NCBI GenBank assembly: GCA_965200085.1 | Contig: OZ241333.1 | Coordinates: 1,123,704 to 1,187,703 of the forward strand | Source: Dehalococcoidia bacterium | Lineage (GTDB): Bacteria > Chloroflexota > Dehalococcoidia > Lucifugimonadales > JADFKI01 | Direction of reading: 5' to 3' | Length of the DNA stretch: 64,000 bases | Shown here: piece by piece, positions 8,324-19,025 of the stretch | How positions within the stretch are numbered: position 1 is the stretch's first letter | Layout: each line of letters starts with the position of its first letter | Notes under the pieces: model-generated | Seen by the model: the letters and a program-made list of their open reading frames with translations, nothing else | Told to the model about the DNA's origin: nothing | Databases searched by the model: none | Made by a program: the position numbers and the translations under genes

Positions 8324-11300
8324 ATGTCTGAAAGATACATACCCAATTTAACCAAGCAGGGGTTGTATGATCCTCGGTTTGAACATGATGCCTGTGGCGT
8401 AGGGCTTGTAGCCAACATAAAAGGTGTGAAGTCTCACGACATCCTGAAGCAGGGGCTCGAGGCGCTCTGCAATTTGGAGCATCGCGGCGCGAAGGGGGCT
8501 GATCCGGAGACGGGCGACGGCGCAGGCGTGCTAATACAGATGCCGCATGAGTTCTTCAGCAAGGAGATGGCGCGTCTGGGGATCGAATGCCCGCAGCCCG
8601 GTCATTATGCCGTTGGAATGGCGTTCTTGCCCCACGGAGAGGATCAACAGCAGGAAGTCGAAGCCATAGTGCGCCGCTTTGTTGAGCAGGAAGGGCAGAC
8701 ACTGCTCGGCTGGCGTGATGTGCCTGTGTTCCCTGACGAGATAGGTCCTCTTGCGGTCTCTGTTATGCCTGCAATTCGTCAGTTCTTTATTCGGCGCAGC
8801 GCAGATGTGCAGAGTGTTTCTGACTTTGAGCTGAAACTCTATGTCATTCGGAGGCAGATTGAAGATGCCGTCGCCGAATCCGGACTGGATGAGCGCAAGG
8901 AATTTTATATTTGCAGTCTGTCGTCGAATAAAATTGTCTATAAAGGGCTGATTGTCGCTACGCAGCTTCAGCACTTCTATGGCGATTTGGCAGATGAGGA
9001 TGTTGTAACTTCGTTCGCACTGGTGCACTCTCGCTTTAGCACGAACACACTTGGCTCGTGGAAGTTGGCGCACCCGTATCGGTTTGTGATTCATAACGGC
9101 GAGATAAACACGCTGCGCGGGAATATCAATTGGATGACTGCGCGCGAAAGCATGTTTGAGTCTGATGTGCTTGGGGATGATGTCGAGAAGCTGCTGCCCA
9201 TCATTACGAAGGATGTCCAAAGCGACACCGCGAGCTTTGACAACGCGCTGGAACTGCTGCTTGCGACCGGCCGCTCCCTGCCGCACGCATTGATGATGAT
9301 GATACCTGAGGCTTGGGGGGATCATCTGCCGATGGATACGGCGAAGAAGGAGTTCTATGAGTACCATTCCTGCCTAATGGAACCTTGGGACGGGCCCGCG
9401 CTCATTGTAGGGACGGACGGCTCTAAGGTGTGCGCTGTGCTGGATAGGAACGGTTTGCGTCCTTGCCGCTACCTAGTAACGACCTACGATTTGCTGGTAA
9501 TGGCGTCGGAAACCGGAGTTTTGGATGTTCCGCCTGAGAAGGTGATGTTTAAGGAGCGCATCCATCCGGGACGCATGTTTATGCTGGACACGGAGCAGGG
9601 CAGGCTTGTGGATGATGCCGAGCTGAAGAGTAATCTTGCAGCGCAGCAGCCTTACGGCGAATGGCTTCGTGAGAACCGGGTGGCGCTGGACGATTTGCCG
9701 GGAGTTGATACGCAGCAACTCACACTCACTAAGGAAGCTCTGCGCGCTCGGCAGGTTGCTTTCGGATACACACTCGAAGATCTGCGAATGATAATGGAGC
9801 CGATGGCGGCTACAGGCAGCGAACCCGTAGGCTCGATGGGCAACGACACGCCGCTTGCGGTGCTGTCTGACCAGAGTCCGCTGCTGTTCAATTACTTTAA
9901 GCAGCTTTTCGCACAGGTTAGCAATCCGCCGCTGGATGCAATCAGAGAAGAATTGGTTACATCACTCGAATCGAGAGTGGGCAGCGAGGGCAATCTGTTC
10001 ACAGAGGAGCCGGAGCACTGCCGCACCTTGCGTGTAAAGCGTCCGGTGCTGACGAATGCGGAGCTGGAGAAGATACGCAGCATTGATCTGCCGGGTTTGA
10101 AATCTAAGACAATTCGAACTCTGTTCACGATCGACGAAAATGACGGAGCGTTGAATCGTGCGGTGAATAGATTGTGTGATGAGGCGTATCGTGCGGTGGA
10201 AGAGGGCAACACGATTATCATTCTGTCTGATAGAGGTGTGGATGTTTACAACGCGCCGATACCTAGCCTGCTCGCCGTCGCGAGTGTGCATCATCACCTA
10301 ATACAGAAGGGTGTTCGCACTAAGGTCAGCCTGATAGTGGAATCGGGTGAACCCCGCGAGGTGGCGCATCTGACTCTGCTTATTGGCTACGGCGCGGTTG
10401 CGGTCAATCCATATATTGCGTTTGAGACCATCAGGGATATAGTTGGCGAAGGCGGTCCTCTGGCGGGGACTATGGATTACGAAACTGCTGGGTACAACTA
10501 TGTCAAGGCGGCGGATAAGGGCATTTTGAAGATAATGTCCAAGATGGGTATATCTACTATCGAGAGCTACCGCGGCGCGCAGATATTCGAAGCGGTGGGA
10601 TTGAACTCAGAGTTTATAGACAGATATTTCACTTGGACGCCGTCTCGGATAGGCGGAATAGGTATCCATGAAATTGAGATGGAGAGCCGCAAACGTCATG
10701 AAGCGGCGTTCCATGAACATACGCTGACCGGCAGCCTAGACCTGCAAAGTGGCGGCTTCTATCAGTGGCGGCGCGACGGGGAATACCATATGTGGAACCC
10801 TGATACGATCAGCCGTCTTCAGTATGCGACTAAGGCTAACAGTTACGAAACATATCAGCAGTTCGCTGACTTCGCTAATGATTTCAGCCGCAAGCTTTGC
10901 ACTATAAGAGGGTTGCTGGATTTTAAGAAGCTGGATATGCCCATCCCGCTGGACGAAGTGGAACCGGCGAGCGAGATTGTAAAACGCTTCGCTACGGGCG
11001 CAATTTCCTTAGGCTCAATTAGCCGCGAGGCGCACGAGACTATGGCAATTGCGATGAACCGTATAGGTGCGCGCAGCAACACGGGTGAAGGCGGCGAGGA
11101 CTATCGGCGCTACAAGCCGGACGAGAATGGAGATTCTCGCAATAGCGCGATGAAGCAGGTTGCGTCCGGGCGCTTCGGCGTAACAATCAGCTACCTCGCG
11201 AGCGCGCGAGACTTGCAGATAAAGATGGCGCAAGGCTCTAAGCCCGGCGAGGGAGGTCAGCTTCCAGGACACAAGGTTGACGAGTACATCGGTTGGGTTC

Positions 11301-12865
11301 GCAACTCCACTCCCGGCGTGGAGCTTATATCTCCGCCGCCGCACCATGACATCTACTCTATTGAAGATTTGGGACAGCTGATTCACGACTTGAAAAACTC
11401 CAATCCAGACGCCCGCGTGCATGTGAAATTGGTCGCTGAGGCGGGGGTCGGGACTATTGCCGCCGGCGTGTCTAAGGGGCATGGAGATGTAGTGCTCATA
11501 AGCGGCGACAGCGGAGGAACAGGCGCATCGCCGGAGTCGTCTATTAAGCACGCGGGGCTGCCTTGGGAGCTTGGTGTTGCCGAAACGCAGCAGGTACTGG
11601 TGCTTAACGACCTTCGCGGCCGGATTGTAGTGCAGACCGACGGGCAGCTCAAGACTGGCAGGGATGTTGCTATTGCCTGCCTGCTGGGCGCCGAAGAGTT
11701 CGGAATGGCAACTGCTCCGCTAATCAGCTTAGGCTGCATAATGCTGCGCAAGTGCCATCTGAATACCTGTTCGGTGGGAATCGCCACACAGGATCCGGAA
11801 TTGCGGAAGATGTTCACAGGTAAGCCTGAGCATGTCATCAATTACTTCTTTTTTGTTGCCGAAGAGCTTCGACAAATTATGGCTGAGATGGGCTTCCGCA
11901 CCATCAACGAGATGGTAGGCCGTATGGACAGGCTGGATACGAGAGAAGTGGTAGAGCATTGGAAGGCGAAAGGGTTGGACTTTTCTAATCTGCTGCACAT
12001 GCCGGATGTGCCCGATTCAGTGGCGACTTATTGCCGCGAGGAACAGGATCATGGACTTGATCGCGCGCTTGACAACGAACTAATTAGGTTGTGCGTCGAT
12101 GCTATCTATTCTAAGGAGGCGGTAACGCTTGATTTTCCAATCAGCAACCGTAATCGCACGGTAGGAACTACCCTCAGTTACGAAATTGCAAAGAAGCACG
12201 GCGTAGAGGCGCTGCCGGAAGACACTATCACGATTAATTTCAAAGGATCCGCGGGGCAGAGCTTCTCGGCTTTTCTTGCAAAGGGCGTAACCATGCGCGT
12301 GAGCGGCGACGCTAATGACTATTTCGCAAAAGGGTTGTCCGGCGGCAAGGTGATTATCGCGCCGCCTGAATCTTCATTTAAGCCTGAAGAAAACATTATC
12401 GTAGGGAATGTAGTATTATATGGTGCTACTGGAGGCAAGGCGTTTATTCGCGGTATTGCCGGCGAACGCTTTGCTGTGCGTAATAGTGGCGCAGAAACCG
12501 TTGTTGAGGGTGTTGGCGACCACGGCTGCGAGTATATGACGCGCGGCAGGGTGGTGGTTCTAGGTCCCACAGGGCGGAACTTCGCAGCCGGTATGAGCGG
12601 CGGTGAGGCGTTTGTGCTGGACGAGCGGGGAACATTTGCAGATCTGTGTAACCATGAAATGGTTGGTTTGGAGAGCGTCGAGGATCCTAATGACGAAGAA
12701 AACCTTCGCAGTCTGATCGAAGAGCATTATGAGCAGACCGGCAGTGTCAATGCCCGGCGCGTGCTCGACAACTGGGAGGCCATGCTGCCTCTCTTCGTCA
12801 AGGTGATGCCTCACGATTATAAACGGATACTGCTAGAGCGCGCAGCGGCAGTGGCGGCAGATTGA
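8324..12865 (+). CDS. gltB: glutamate synthase large subunit
   Basis: 1513 aa. N-terminal amidotransferase start (FEHDACGVG), FMN and Fe-S central domain, and a C-terminal GXGXG beta-helix domain. Confidence 0.95.
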   Translation: MSERYIPNLTKQGLYDPRFEHDACGVGLVANIKGVKSHDILKQGLEALCNLEHRGAKGADPETGDGAGVLIQMPHEFFSKEMARLGIECPQPGHYAVGMAFLPHGEDQQQEVEAIVRRFVEQEGQTLLGWRDVPVFPDEIGPLAVSVMPAIRQFFIRRSADVQSVSDFELKLYVIRRQIEDAVAESGLDERKEFYICSLSSNKIVYKGLIVATQLQHFYGDLADEDVVTSFALVHSRFSTNTLGSWKLAHPYRFVIHNGEINTLRGNINWMTARESMFESDVLGDDVEKLLPIITKDVQSDTASFDNALELLLATGRSLPHALMMMIPEAWGDHLPMDTAKKEFYEYHSCLMEPWDGPALIVGTDGSKVCAVLDRNGLRPCRYLVTTYDLLVMASETGVLDVPPEKVMFKERIHPGRMFMLDTEQGRLVDDAELKSNLAAQQPYGEWLRENRVALDDLPGVDTQQLTLTKEALRARQVAFGYTLEDLRMIMEPMAATGSEPVGSMGNDTPLAVLSDQSPLLFNYFKQLFAQVSNPPLDAIREELVTSLESRVGSEGNLFTEEPEHCRTLRVKRPVLTNAELEKIRSIDLPGLKSKTIRTLFTIDENDGALNRAVNRLCDEAYRAVEEGNTIIILSDRGVDVYNAPIPSLLAVASVHHHLIQKGVRTKVSLIVESGEPREVAHLTLLIGYGAVAVNPYIAFETIRDIVGEGGPLAGTMDYETAGYNYVKAADKGILKIMSKMGISTIESYRGAQIFEAVGLNSEFIDRYFTWTPSRIGGIGIHEIEMESRKRHEAAFHEHTLTGSLDLQSGGFYQWRRDGEYHMWNPDTISRLQYATKANSYETYQQFADFANDFSRKLCTIRGLLDFKKLDMPIPLDEVEPASEIVKRFATGAISLGSISREAHETMAIAMNRIGARSNTGEGGEDYRRYKPDENGDSRNSAMKQVASGRFGVTISYLASARDLQIKMAQGSKPGEGGQLPGHKVDEYIGWVRNSTPGVELISPPPHHDIYSIEDLGQLIHDLKNSNPDARVHVKLVAEAGVGTIAAGVSKGHGDVVLISGDSGGTGASPESSIKHAGLPWELGVAETQQVLVLNDLRGRIVVQTDGQLKTGRDVAIACLLGAEEFGMATAPLISLGCIMLRKCHLNTCSVGIATQDPELRKMFTGKPEHVINYFFFVAEELRQIMAEMGFRTINEMVGRMDRLDTREVVEHWKAKGLDFSNLLHMPDVPDSVATYCREEQDHGLDRALDNELIRLCVDAIYSKEAVTLDFPISNRNRTVGTTLSYEIAKKHGVEALPEDTITINFKGSAGQSFSAFLAKGVTMRVSGDANDYFAKGLSGGKVIIAPPESSFKPEENIIVGNVVLYGATGGKAFIRGIAGERFAVRNSGAETVVEGVGDHGCEYMTRGRVVVLGPTGRNFAAGMSGGEAFVLDERGTFADLCNHEMVGLESVEDPNDEENLRSLIEEHYEQTGSVNARRVLDNWEAMLPLFVKVMPHDYKRILLERAAAVAAD

Positions 12866-12938
12866 TAGAAGACGAGATTGATTTTTGACTTCTTGCTTAT
12901 GCGAGAATGACATAGTGAGAGCGCAGGCGAACCGATAA

Positions 12939-14408
12939 ATGGGAAAACCAACAGGTTTCAAGGAATTTGGACGGCAGGGTCCGCCGCTTCAGCCGGTGGG
13001 ACAGCGTATCCAACATTACAGCGAATTTTATTACAACTGGAGTGAGAAACAGGCGCGAGATCAGGGCGCGCGCTGCATGAACTGCGCTGTGCCCTTCTGC
13101 CACACGGGATGTCCGCTGGGCAACCTGATACCTGATTTCAATGATCTTGTTTATCGCGGCAAGTGGCGTGAGGCGCTCGCAGAACTTCACGCCACAAATA
13201 ATTTTCCTGAATTCACCGGCAGGATATGCCCTGCGCCTTGTGAATCCGCCTGCGTGCTCAGCATAAACCAGGACCCGGTTACTATTGAATACATCGAAAA
13301 GGCTATTGCAGATAGGGGTTGGGAAGAGGGATGGATTGTTCCGGAGGCGCCTAATCGTCGCACGGGCAAGAAGGTAGCGATAGTTGGTTCCGGTCCTGCG
13401 GGGCTTGCGGCGGCGCAGCAGCTTAATCGATGCGGGCATTGGGTAACGGTTTTCGAACGCGACGAATACATTGGCGGTTTGCTGCGGCTGGGAATACCGG
13501 ACTTCAAACTGGATAAATCCGTCGTTCAGCGGCGTGTCGATCAGATGACCACTGAGGGCGTTATATTCAAGACAGAGGTCAATGTTGGTGTTGACTATGC
13601 TGCGGATGACCTGTTGCGTGATTTCGACGCTGTGGTGTTGACGGGCGGCTGCACGATACCGCGCGATCTGCCTGTGCCAGGGCGTGAGCTTGACGGCGTT
13701 CACTTTGCAATGGATTTTCTGACACAGCAGAACCGACTTAACGCCGGAGATCACATTCCCGAACTCGAACGTATCAGCGCTGAGGGTAAGCGGGTCGTCA
13801 TACTGGGTGGTGGAGACACCGGCTCGGACTGTCTGGGAACATCGCATCGGCAGGGCGCCGAGGTTGTATATCAGTATGAGCTGCTCTCGGAGCCTCCGTC
13901 GGAGCGCAGAGAAGACAATCCCTGGCCTCAGTGGCCCCTGGTACTGCAGGTTTCATCCTCGCAGGAAGAGGGTGGAATCCGAGACTACGATGTTCTCACT
14001 ACGCACTTCTCCGGGCGAAACGGCAGTGTGGAGAAGTTGCACGCGGTGCGTATTAACTGGGGTGCGCCGGATGCTTCGGGCAGACCCAGCATGGAGCGCA
14101 TAGAGGGCAGCGAGTTCGAGATTGATACGGATCTTGTGCTGCTCGCGATGGGCTTTTTACATCCGCAGAAGGAAGGTCTGCTGGAGCAACTGGGCGTGGT
14201 TCTTGACGGGCGCGGCAATGTGCAGACAGATGTGAACAAGATGACCAGTGTCGATGGCGTGTTTGCGGCGGGTGATATGGCGCGCGGACAGTCGTTGGTG
14301 GTTTGGGCGCTTGCAGAGGGGCGCGAGGCTGCGCGCGGAGTCGATCTGTATCTGATGGGCGGTACCTCGCTGCGTCCCGTGCTGGCGGGCGCGATGGAAC
14401 GAGCCTAG
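12939..14408 (+). CDS. gltD: glutamate synthase small subunit (NAD(P)H-dependent)
   Basis: 489 aa. Fe-S Cys motifs (CMNCAVPFCH, CPAPCESAC) and the dinucleotide fold VAIVGSGPAGLAAA. Confidence 0.95.
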   Translation: MGKPTGFKEFGRQGPPLQPVGQRIQHYSEFYYNWSEKQARDQGARCMNCAVPFCHTGCPLGNLIPDFNDLVYRGKWREALAELHATNNFPEFTGRICPAPCESACVLSINQDPVTIEYIEKAIADRGWEEGWIVPEAPNRRTGKKVAIVGSGPAGLAAAQQLNRCGHWVTVFERDEYIGGLLRLGIPDFKLDKSVVQRRVDQMTTEGVIFKTEVNVGVDYAADDLLRDFDAVVLTGGCTIPRDLPVPGRELDGVHFAMDFLTQQNRLNAGDHIPELERISAEGKRVVILGGGDTGSDCLGTSHRQGAEVVYQYELLSEPPSERREDNPWPQWPLVLQVSSSQEEGGIRDYDVLTTHFSGRNGSVEKLHAVRINWGAPDASGRPSMERIEGSEFEIDTDLVLLAMGFLHPQKEGLLEQLGVVLDGRGNVQTDVNKMTSVDGVFAAGDMARGQSLVVWALAEGREAARGVDLYLMGGTSLRPVLAGAMERA

Positions 14409-14950
14409 TCTGCGCCTGCGCCGGCGGATGCGTTCATAGACGCTACATAGGGCAAGTTGCGATAACGCTGATCGTAGTCCAGTCCATAGCCGACTACGAA
14501 TTCGTCGGGGATCTCAAAGCCTATGTATTTCAGCGGCACTTCTACCCTGCGGCGGGACTGCTTGTTAAGCAGTGTGCAGACTTCTAAACTGGCGGGTCTT
14601 TCCGATCCCATGAACTCCAGCAGGCGATTCAGCGTTATGCCGGTGTCCACGATGTCTTCCACCAGAATGACATCGCGCCCGGTGATGCTCACCTCGAGCG
14701 ACTTGGTTATCTCCACCTTCCCTGTAGTCTCACTGCCGCTGTAGCTGGAAACTGCCACTAAGTATGTTTCCAGCGGCAAATCTATATACCGCATAAGGTC
14801 TGCGAGGAATACGAGAGCGCCGTTGAGGACACCGACAAGTACGGGCTGTTTTCCGGCGTAGTCGTCTGAGATTTCGCCGCCGATTTCACGAACCCTTTCC
14901 CGAATATCTTCCGCTGTTAGCAGCACGCTTCCTATATCTACGTTACTCAT
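14405..14950 (-). CDS. hpt: hypoxanthine phosphoribosyltransferase
   Basis: 181 aa with the PRPP-binding motif VILVEDIVDTGITL. It is convergent with gltD and the two stops overlap in CTAG. Confidence 0.9.
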   Translation of the reverse strand: MSNVDIGSVLLTAEDIRERVREIGGEISDDYAGKQPVLVGVLNGALVFLADLMRYIDLPLETYLVAVSSYSGSETTGKVEITKSLEVSITGRDVILVEDIVDTGITLNRLLEFMGSERPASLEVCTLLNKQSRRRVEVPLKYIGFEIPDEFVVGYGLDYDQRYRNLPYVASMNASAGAGAD

Positions 14951-14996
14951 CGCGCCATACTAATCTTTCTTGTGTATTTTACCTACTTCTGAAATT

Positions 14997-15037
14997 AGCA
15001 GCATTATATCATCAAGCAGGGCTGATATAATGCTGCT
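14997..15037. promoter_or_regulatory. perfect 15-bp inverted repeat (AGCAGCATTATATCA-n11-TGATATAATGCTGCT) giving one consensus extended -10 (TGATATAAT) on each strand
   Basis: Read directly from the sequence. The plus-strand TATAAT at 15026..15031 faces the DUF503 gene. The minus-strand TATAAT at 15008..15003 faces hpt. Confidence 0.5.
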
Positions 15038-15079
15038 TGGATCAACTTTGTTTGATGAACTTGAGACTGGTGCGATGAA

Positions 15080-15373
15080 ATGAATGTCGGTGTGTGCAAG
15101 GTGAAGCTGCAGATTCCTGAGAACCAGAGTTTGAAGGGCAAGCGCAGTGTGATTGCTTCCATGTGTCAGCGGATACGAAACAGGTTTGGTGTGTCGGCAG
15201 CGGAGGTTGGAGATAACGATTCCTGGCAGATTGCCACGCTTGGCTTTGCCTGTGTCAGCAGCAGCGTGCGTCATGCAGACCAGATTATGGATAATGTTGT
15301 TGCGTATATAGAGCGTAGCAGAGAGGATGTGGTGGTGTTGGAGGTGGAACAGGACACGATTACCGGATATTAG
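15080..15373 (+). CDS. DUF503 (YlxP-like) protein
   Basis: 97 aa with SLKGKRSV...FGVSAAEVGDNDSWQIATLG, typical of DUF503. Confidence 0.8.
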   Translation: MNVGVCKVKLQIPENQSLKGKRSVIASMCQRIRNRFGVSAAEVGDNDSWQIATLGFACVSSSVRHADQIMDNVVAYIERSREDVVVLEVEQDTITGY

Positions 15374-15473
15374 GCAGTGGGGATACTGAGTTAACTGGGC
15401 GAACAATAGCAGCCGCGTCAGGTTTATGATTAAGCTTGGCGTGTTCGCCTATATATAAGAGCGAGCGATATTT

Positions 15474-17765
15474 ATGGATGTAGCTGCGTTTTTGGACGCG
15501 GTAAAAAAGATGCCGTGGTATATGGAGCAGATTGCGCATGGCGAGGATGTGCCTGCGCGTGGGGCGCGTTATGGCGTACTTGACCATTCCCTTGACGGCA
15601 GGTTGGAACGGGCATTAGGCGCCGGCGGTATAGACGCTCTCTATACGCACCAGACGGATGCTATCAACTCGCTGCGCAGCGGAAAGAATGTCATCGTCTC
15701 TACGGGAACAGCAAGCGGCAAGAGCCTCTGCTACAACTTGCCTGTGCTTGAGACGCTGCTGAAAGACCGATCAGCGAGCGCGATGTACATCTTTCCTACG
15801 AAGGCGCTTGCACAGGATCAGCGCAAGGCTCTGGGACGGCTTGTGCCAAAGGCGGCACGACTGAGATACGACATATTTGACGGCGATACGCCCACACGCG
15901 AGCGCGGGAACATAAGGCGCAGCGCGCGGCTGCTCATAACGAACCCGGACATGCTGCATTTGGGGATTTTACCGAACCACAGACTTTGGTATCAGCGGCT
16001 GCGAAGTTTGCGGTATGTTGTCATTGACGAGGCGCATATTTATCGGGGAGTGTTCGGTTCGCATGTCGCGAACATCATTCGGCGGCTGCGTCGCATCTGC
16101 CATAGGCTTGGCAGCAGTCCGCAGTTCATTCTGTGTTCGGCGACTATTGCCAATCCCGGTGAGCATGCAGAGCGCTTGACGGGCTTGCCTTTCGAGGTTG
16201 TGGACGATGACGGCTCGCCTTACGGTGGGAAAGACTTTCTGTTTTGGAATCCGCCCATGCTGGATCTGGCTACGGGAAGTCGGCGCAGCACGAATACAGA
16301 GTCGGCGCAGCTGTTCTCCGAGCTGCTGCGCCGTCATGTGCGGACGATGGCGTTTGTTCGCAGTAGGCGCGCCGCCGAGCTCCTTTATGTGTATGTGCGG
16401 GATAACTTGAGGTTGTCGCATCCGGATGTTGCCAAGCGTGTGATGCCCTATCGGGCGAGTTATTTGCCTGAGGACAGAAGAGCGATAGAGCGCGACCTTG
16501 CGCAGGGGCGCTTACTTGGCGTTACGACTACGAATGCGATGGAGCTGGGTATTGACATTGGAGATCTTGACGCCACTTTGTTGACGGGCTACCCGGGCAC
16601 GATAGCGAGCGCATGGCAGCAGGCGGGCAGGAGTGGGCGCAGCGGCAGTCGCTCTCTAAGTGTGCTGGTCGCGCATGATAACCCGCTTGATCAGTACCTG
16701 ATGCGGCACCCGGAAGCATTCTTCGACAAGCCGCATGAGAGAGCGCGAGTGTCGCCGGGCAACCCGTACATCCTGAAGCCGCACCTGCTCTGCGCTGCTT
16801 ACGAAGCGCCGCTTGCGATGGAAGACACCGGGTATTTTGGAGCGGAGCTTCTGTGGCATGCAGAAGAACTTGTGGAGGACGAACTGCTGTATGTGCGTAA
16901 TTCGAGCTGGTATTTGAGCGCGGATATGGATTATCCGGCGGCAGAGGTGAATATACGCTCGGCGTCTGCACGGGCATACTCGCTTGTAGAGCGAGACAGC
17001 GGTGTGATACTTGAGAGGATGGAGGAGATGTCGGCGTTCTTGCAGCTGCATCCGGGCGGCATCTATTTGCATCAAGGGGAGCAGTATCTCATCACGGATT
17101 TGGATTTGGAGGAAGGTGTGGCTTACGCCGTGCAGACAGATGTGCCGTATTATACGCAGGCGCGGGACTATACGGACACGCGCGTTCTGAGGCAGTTTAA
17201 GCAGAAGCAGGCAGGCAGAACGCAGGTATATCTGGGTGAAGTGAGTGTTACGACAAGCGTAGTCGGCTTCAAGCGTATGGCGCACATTACGGAGGAGATG
17301 CTTGGCGAAGAGTATGTCGATCTGCCGCCGCAGAGTTATGACACAATATCGCTGTGGTTTGACGTGCCGCCCGACACGCTCGATTACATACGGCGGAACA
17401 GGCTTGACCTGATGGGAGGGCTGCATGCGACAGAGCATGCGGCTATTGGGGTGCTGCCGCTGTTTGCTATGTGCGACCGCAATGACATCGGAGGCATATC
17501 CACTCCACTGCACCCGGACACGGGCAAGCCGCAGGTGTTCATTCACGACGGTGTGCCGGGCGGCGTGGGTATCACCGAACATGGTTATGACATTATCGAA
17601 GAGCTTTGGAAGGCGACCTTGCAGGTCATCAGCGAATGTCCGTGCGAGAGCGGGTGTCCGGGATGTATCCAGTCGCCCAAGTGCGGCAACAATAATGAGC
17701 CACTGGACAAGGGCGTGGCGGAGTTGATACTGCAAGCTATTTTGGGCGAAGCCCCTTATGGATAA
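15474..17765 (+). CDS. DEAD/DEAH-box helicase with a C-terminal DUF1998 zinc module (MrfA/YprA-like)
   Basis: Walker A GTASGKS, VIDEAH box, QQAGRSGR, and the C-terminal CPCESGCPGCIQSPKCGNNNEPLDK. Confidence 0.85.
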   Translation: MDVAAFLDAVKKMPWYMEQIAHGEDVPARGARYGVLDHSLDGRLERALGAGGIDALYTHQTDAINSLRSGKNVIVSTGTASGKSLCYNLPVLETLLKDRSASAMYIFPTKALAQDQRKALGRLVPKAARLRYDIFDGDTPTRERGNIRRSARLLITNPDMLHLGILPNHRLWYQRLRSLRYVVIDEAHIYRGVFGSHVANIIRRLRRICHRLGSSPQFILCSATIANPGEHAERLTGLPFEVVDDDGSPYGGKDFLFWNPPMLDLATGSRRSTNTESAQLFSELLRRHVRTMAFVRSRRAAELLYVYVRDNLRLSHPDVAKRVMPYRASYLPEDRRAIERDLAQGRLLGVTTTNAMELGIDIGDLDATLLTGYPGTIASAWQQAGRSGRSGSRSLSVLVAHDNPLDQYLMRHPEAFFDKPHERARVSPGNPYILKPHLLCAAYEAPLAMEDTGYFGAELLWHAEELVEDELLYVRNSSWYLSADMDYPAAEVNIRSASARAYSLVERDSGVILERMEEMSAFLQLHPGGIYLHQGEQYLITDLDLEEGVAYAVQTDVPYYTQARDYTDTRVLRQFKQKQAGRTQVYLGEVSVTTSVVGFKRMAHITEEMLGEEYVDLPPQSYDTISLWFDVPPDTLDYIRRNRLDLMGGLHATEHAAIGVLPLFAMCDRNDIGGISTPLHPDTGKPQVFIHDGVPGGVGITEHGYDIIEELWKATLQVISECPCESGCPGCIQSPKCGNNNEPLDKGVAELILQAILGEAPYG

Positions 17766-17777
17766 TGAGACACTGAC

Positions 17778-19025
17778 TTGCGATTTCGATTAGGCGGATT
17801 GTGGCGGGATGCGGACTTCGCGAGATTTTGGGTCAGCCGCACCGTGTCGAACTTTGGCGTTCTTATGGGCGCTTTGCAGTTCACGGCTGTGCTGGTGCTG
17901 AATGCAACTCCGTTTCAGATGGGCGTACTCGGTGCGCTTGGAGTTGCGCCGAGCATCGTCATCAGCTTCTTTGCCGGTGCTGTTGTGGATCGAATTCGGC
18001 GGCGTCTTATCCTGATAGTGTCTGAACTGGGCAGATTTGCGCTGCTGGCGTCGATTCCTGTTGCGTATGTCATCGGGCAGCTTCACATTGAGCAGCTTTA
18101 TGCCGTTGCTTTCTTTCACGGTGTGCTGACGACTTTCTTTGATGTTGCAAATCGGTCGTACTTGCCGAGGCTGGTGGAGCACGGAAAATTGCTTGACGCC
18201 AACAGCAAACTGACAGCGAGCGAATCGTTTGCCGAAGTCAGCGCGTTCAGCGTGGGCGGTTGGATAGCCCAGCTGACGAATTCAATCGTTGTGGCGGGTA
18301 TTGGCGCATTCACATTTCTGGTGTCCGCCGCATCGCTGGTTCTGATTCGTAAGCCTGAGCCTGCGTCTGATGCGTCGCAGAATGAAGGAAGCATGGCGCG
18401 CGCGATATGGGAAGGGCTGATCTTGGTGTGGAAGGATCGGCTGCTGCGCGCACTTGCGGTCGCTGCGCTTGCTGAAAATTGGGTGAGCGGCATGCTTAGT
18501 GCGGTAGTGCTGGTGTTTGGCGTGCGCGAGCTTGGATTTGGTCCTGGGGTGTTGGGAACGATATTCGCGGTGGGCGGGATAAGCTCGGTGCTAGGTTCGA
18601 TATATGCGGACAAGATGGCGCGCAGGTTTGGCTTAGGTATTGCTCTTGTGGGCGGCTATACGGTGTATATGTTTACCGTACTACTGATACCTGTGGCGCG
18701 GGAGCCGATGCTTTTTGCCGGTATGATACTGACTTTGGCTCAGTTGGGCGATGGATTTTTCACGATGTTCATGGTACACGAGAACAGCCTGCGGCAGGTG
18801 ATAACCCCCGACCGCTCTCTCGGGCGGATGAACGCGACAATTAGAGCGGTGGGACTTGCGGCGCTGTTTATCGGGTCGCTCTCGGGTGGATGGGTTGCGG
18901 GGAAGATCGGGCTGCGGCTGACTATGGTCGCCGCCGGATGCGTCGGTCTGCTGGGCGCAGCGTATCTTGCGCTGTCGTCTGTGCGATCGGTGAGGGAACT
19001 ACCGTCGCTTAAGGACGAAGGATAG
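17778..19025 (+). CDS. MFS transporter
   Basis: 415 aa with about 12 predicted TM segments. The N-terminus (FARFWVSRTVSNFG) is typical of the MFS_3/EntS-like group. TTG start. Confidence 0.8.
   Translation: MRFRLGGLWRDADFARFWVSRTVSNFGVLMGALQFTAVLVLNATPFQMGVLGALGVAPSIVISFFAGAVVDRIRRRLILIVSELGRFALLASIPVAYVIGQLHIEQLYAVAFFHGVLTTFFDVANRSYLPRLVEHGKLLDANSKLTASESFAEVSAFSVGGWIAQLTNSIVVAGIGAFTFLVSAASLVLIRKPEPASDASQNEGSMARAIWEGLILVWKDRLLRALAVAALAENWVSGMLSAVVLVFGVRELGFGPGVLGTIFAVGGISSVLGSIYADKMARRFGLGIALVGGYTVYMFTVLLIPVAREPMLFAGMILTLAQLGDGFFTMFMVHENSLRQVITPDRSLGRMNATIRAVGLAALFIGSLSGGWVAGKIGLRLTMVAAGCVGLLGAAYLALSSVRSVRELPSLKDEG

Noticed and set aside
14405-14408. The gltD and hpt stop codons overlap in the palindrome CTAG.
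   Set aside because: A curiosity of convergent gene packing. There is no evidence of function.
9-17735. Many long antisense ORFs in the track, e.g. 9..593(-), 7028..7762(-), 8531..9367(-), 12897..13847(-, 316 aa) and 16656..17735(-, 359 aa).
   Set aside because: Each lies entirely opposite a confidently recognised gene (glyA, glnA, gltB, gltD, helicase). Their R/H/C/Q-rich, low-complexity composition is typical of shadow ORFs.
15474-17765. DUF1998 helicase as part of a phage-defence system (Druantia DruE-like).
   Set aside because: It is a single 763-aa gene flanked by housekeeping and transport genes with no accompanying defence genes. Its size and motifs fit the widespread MrfA/YprA repair helicase.
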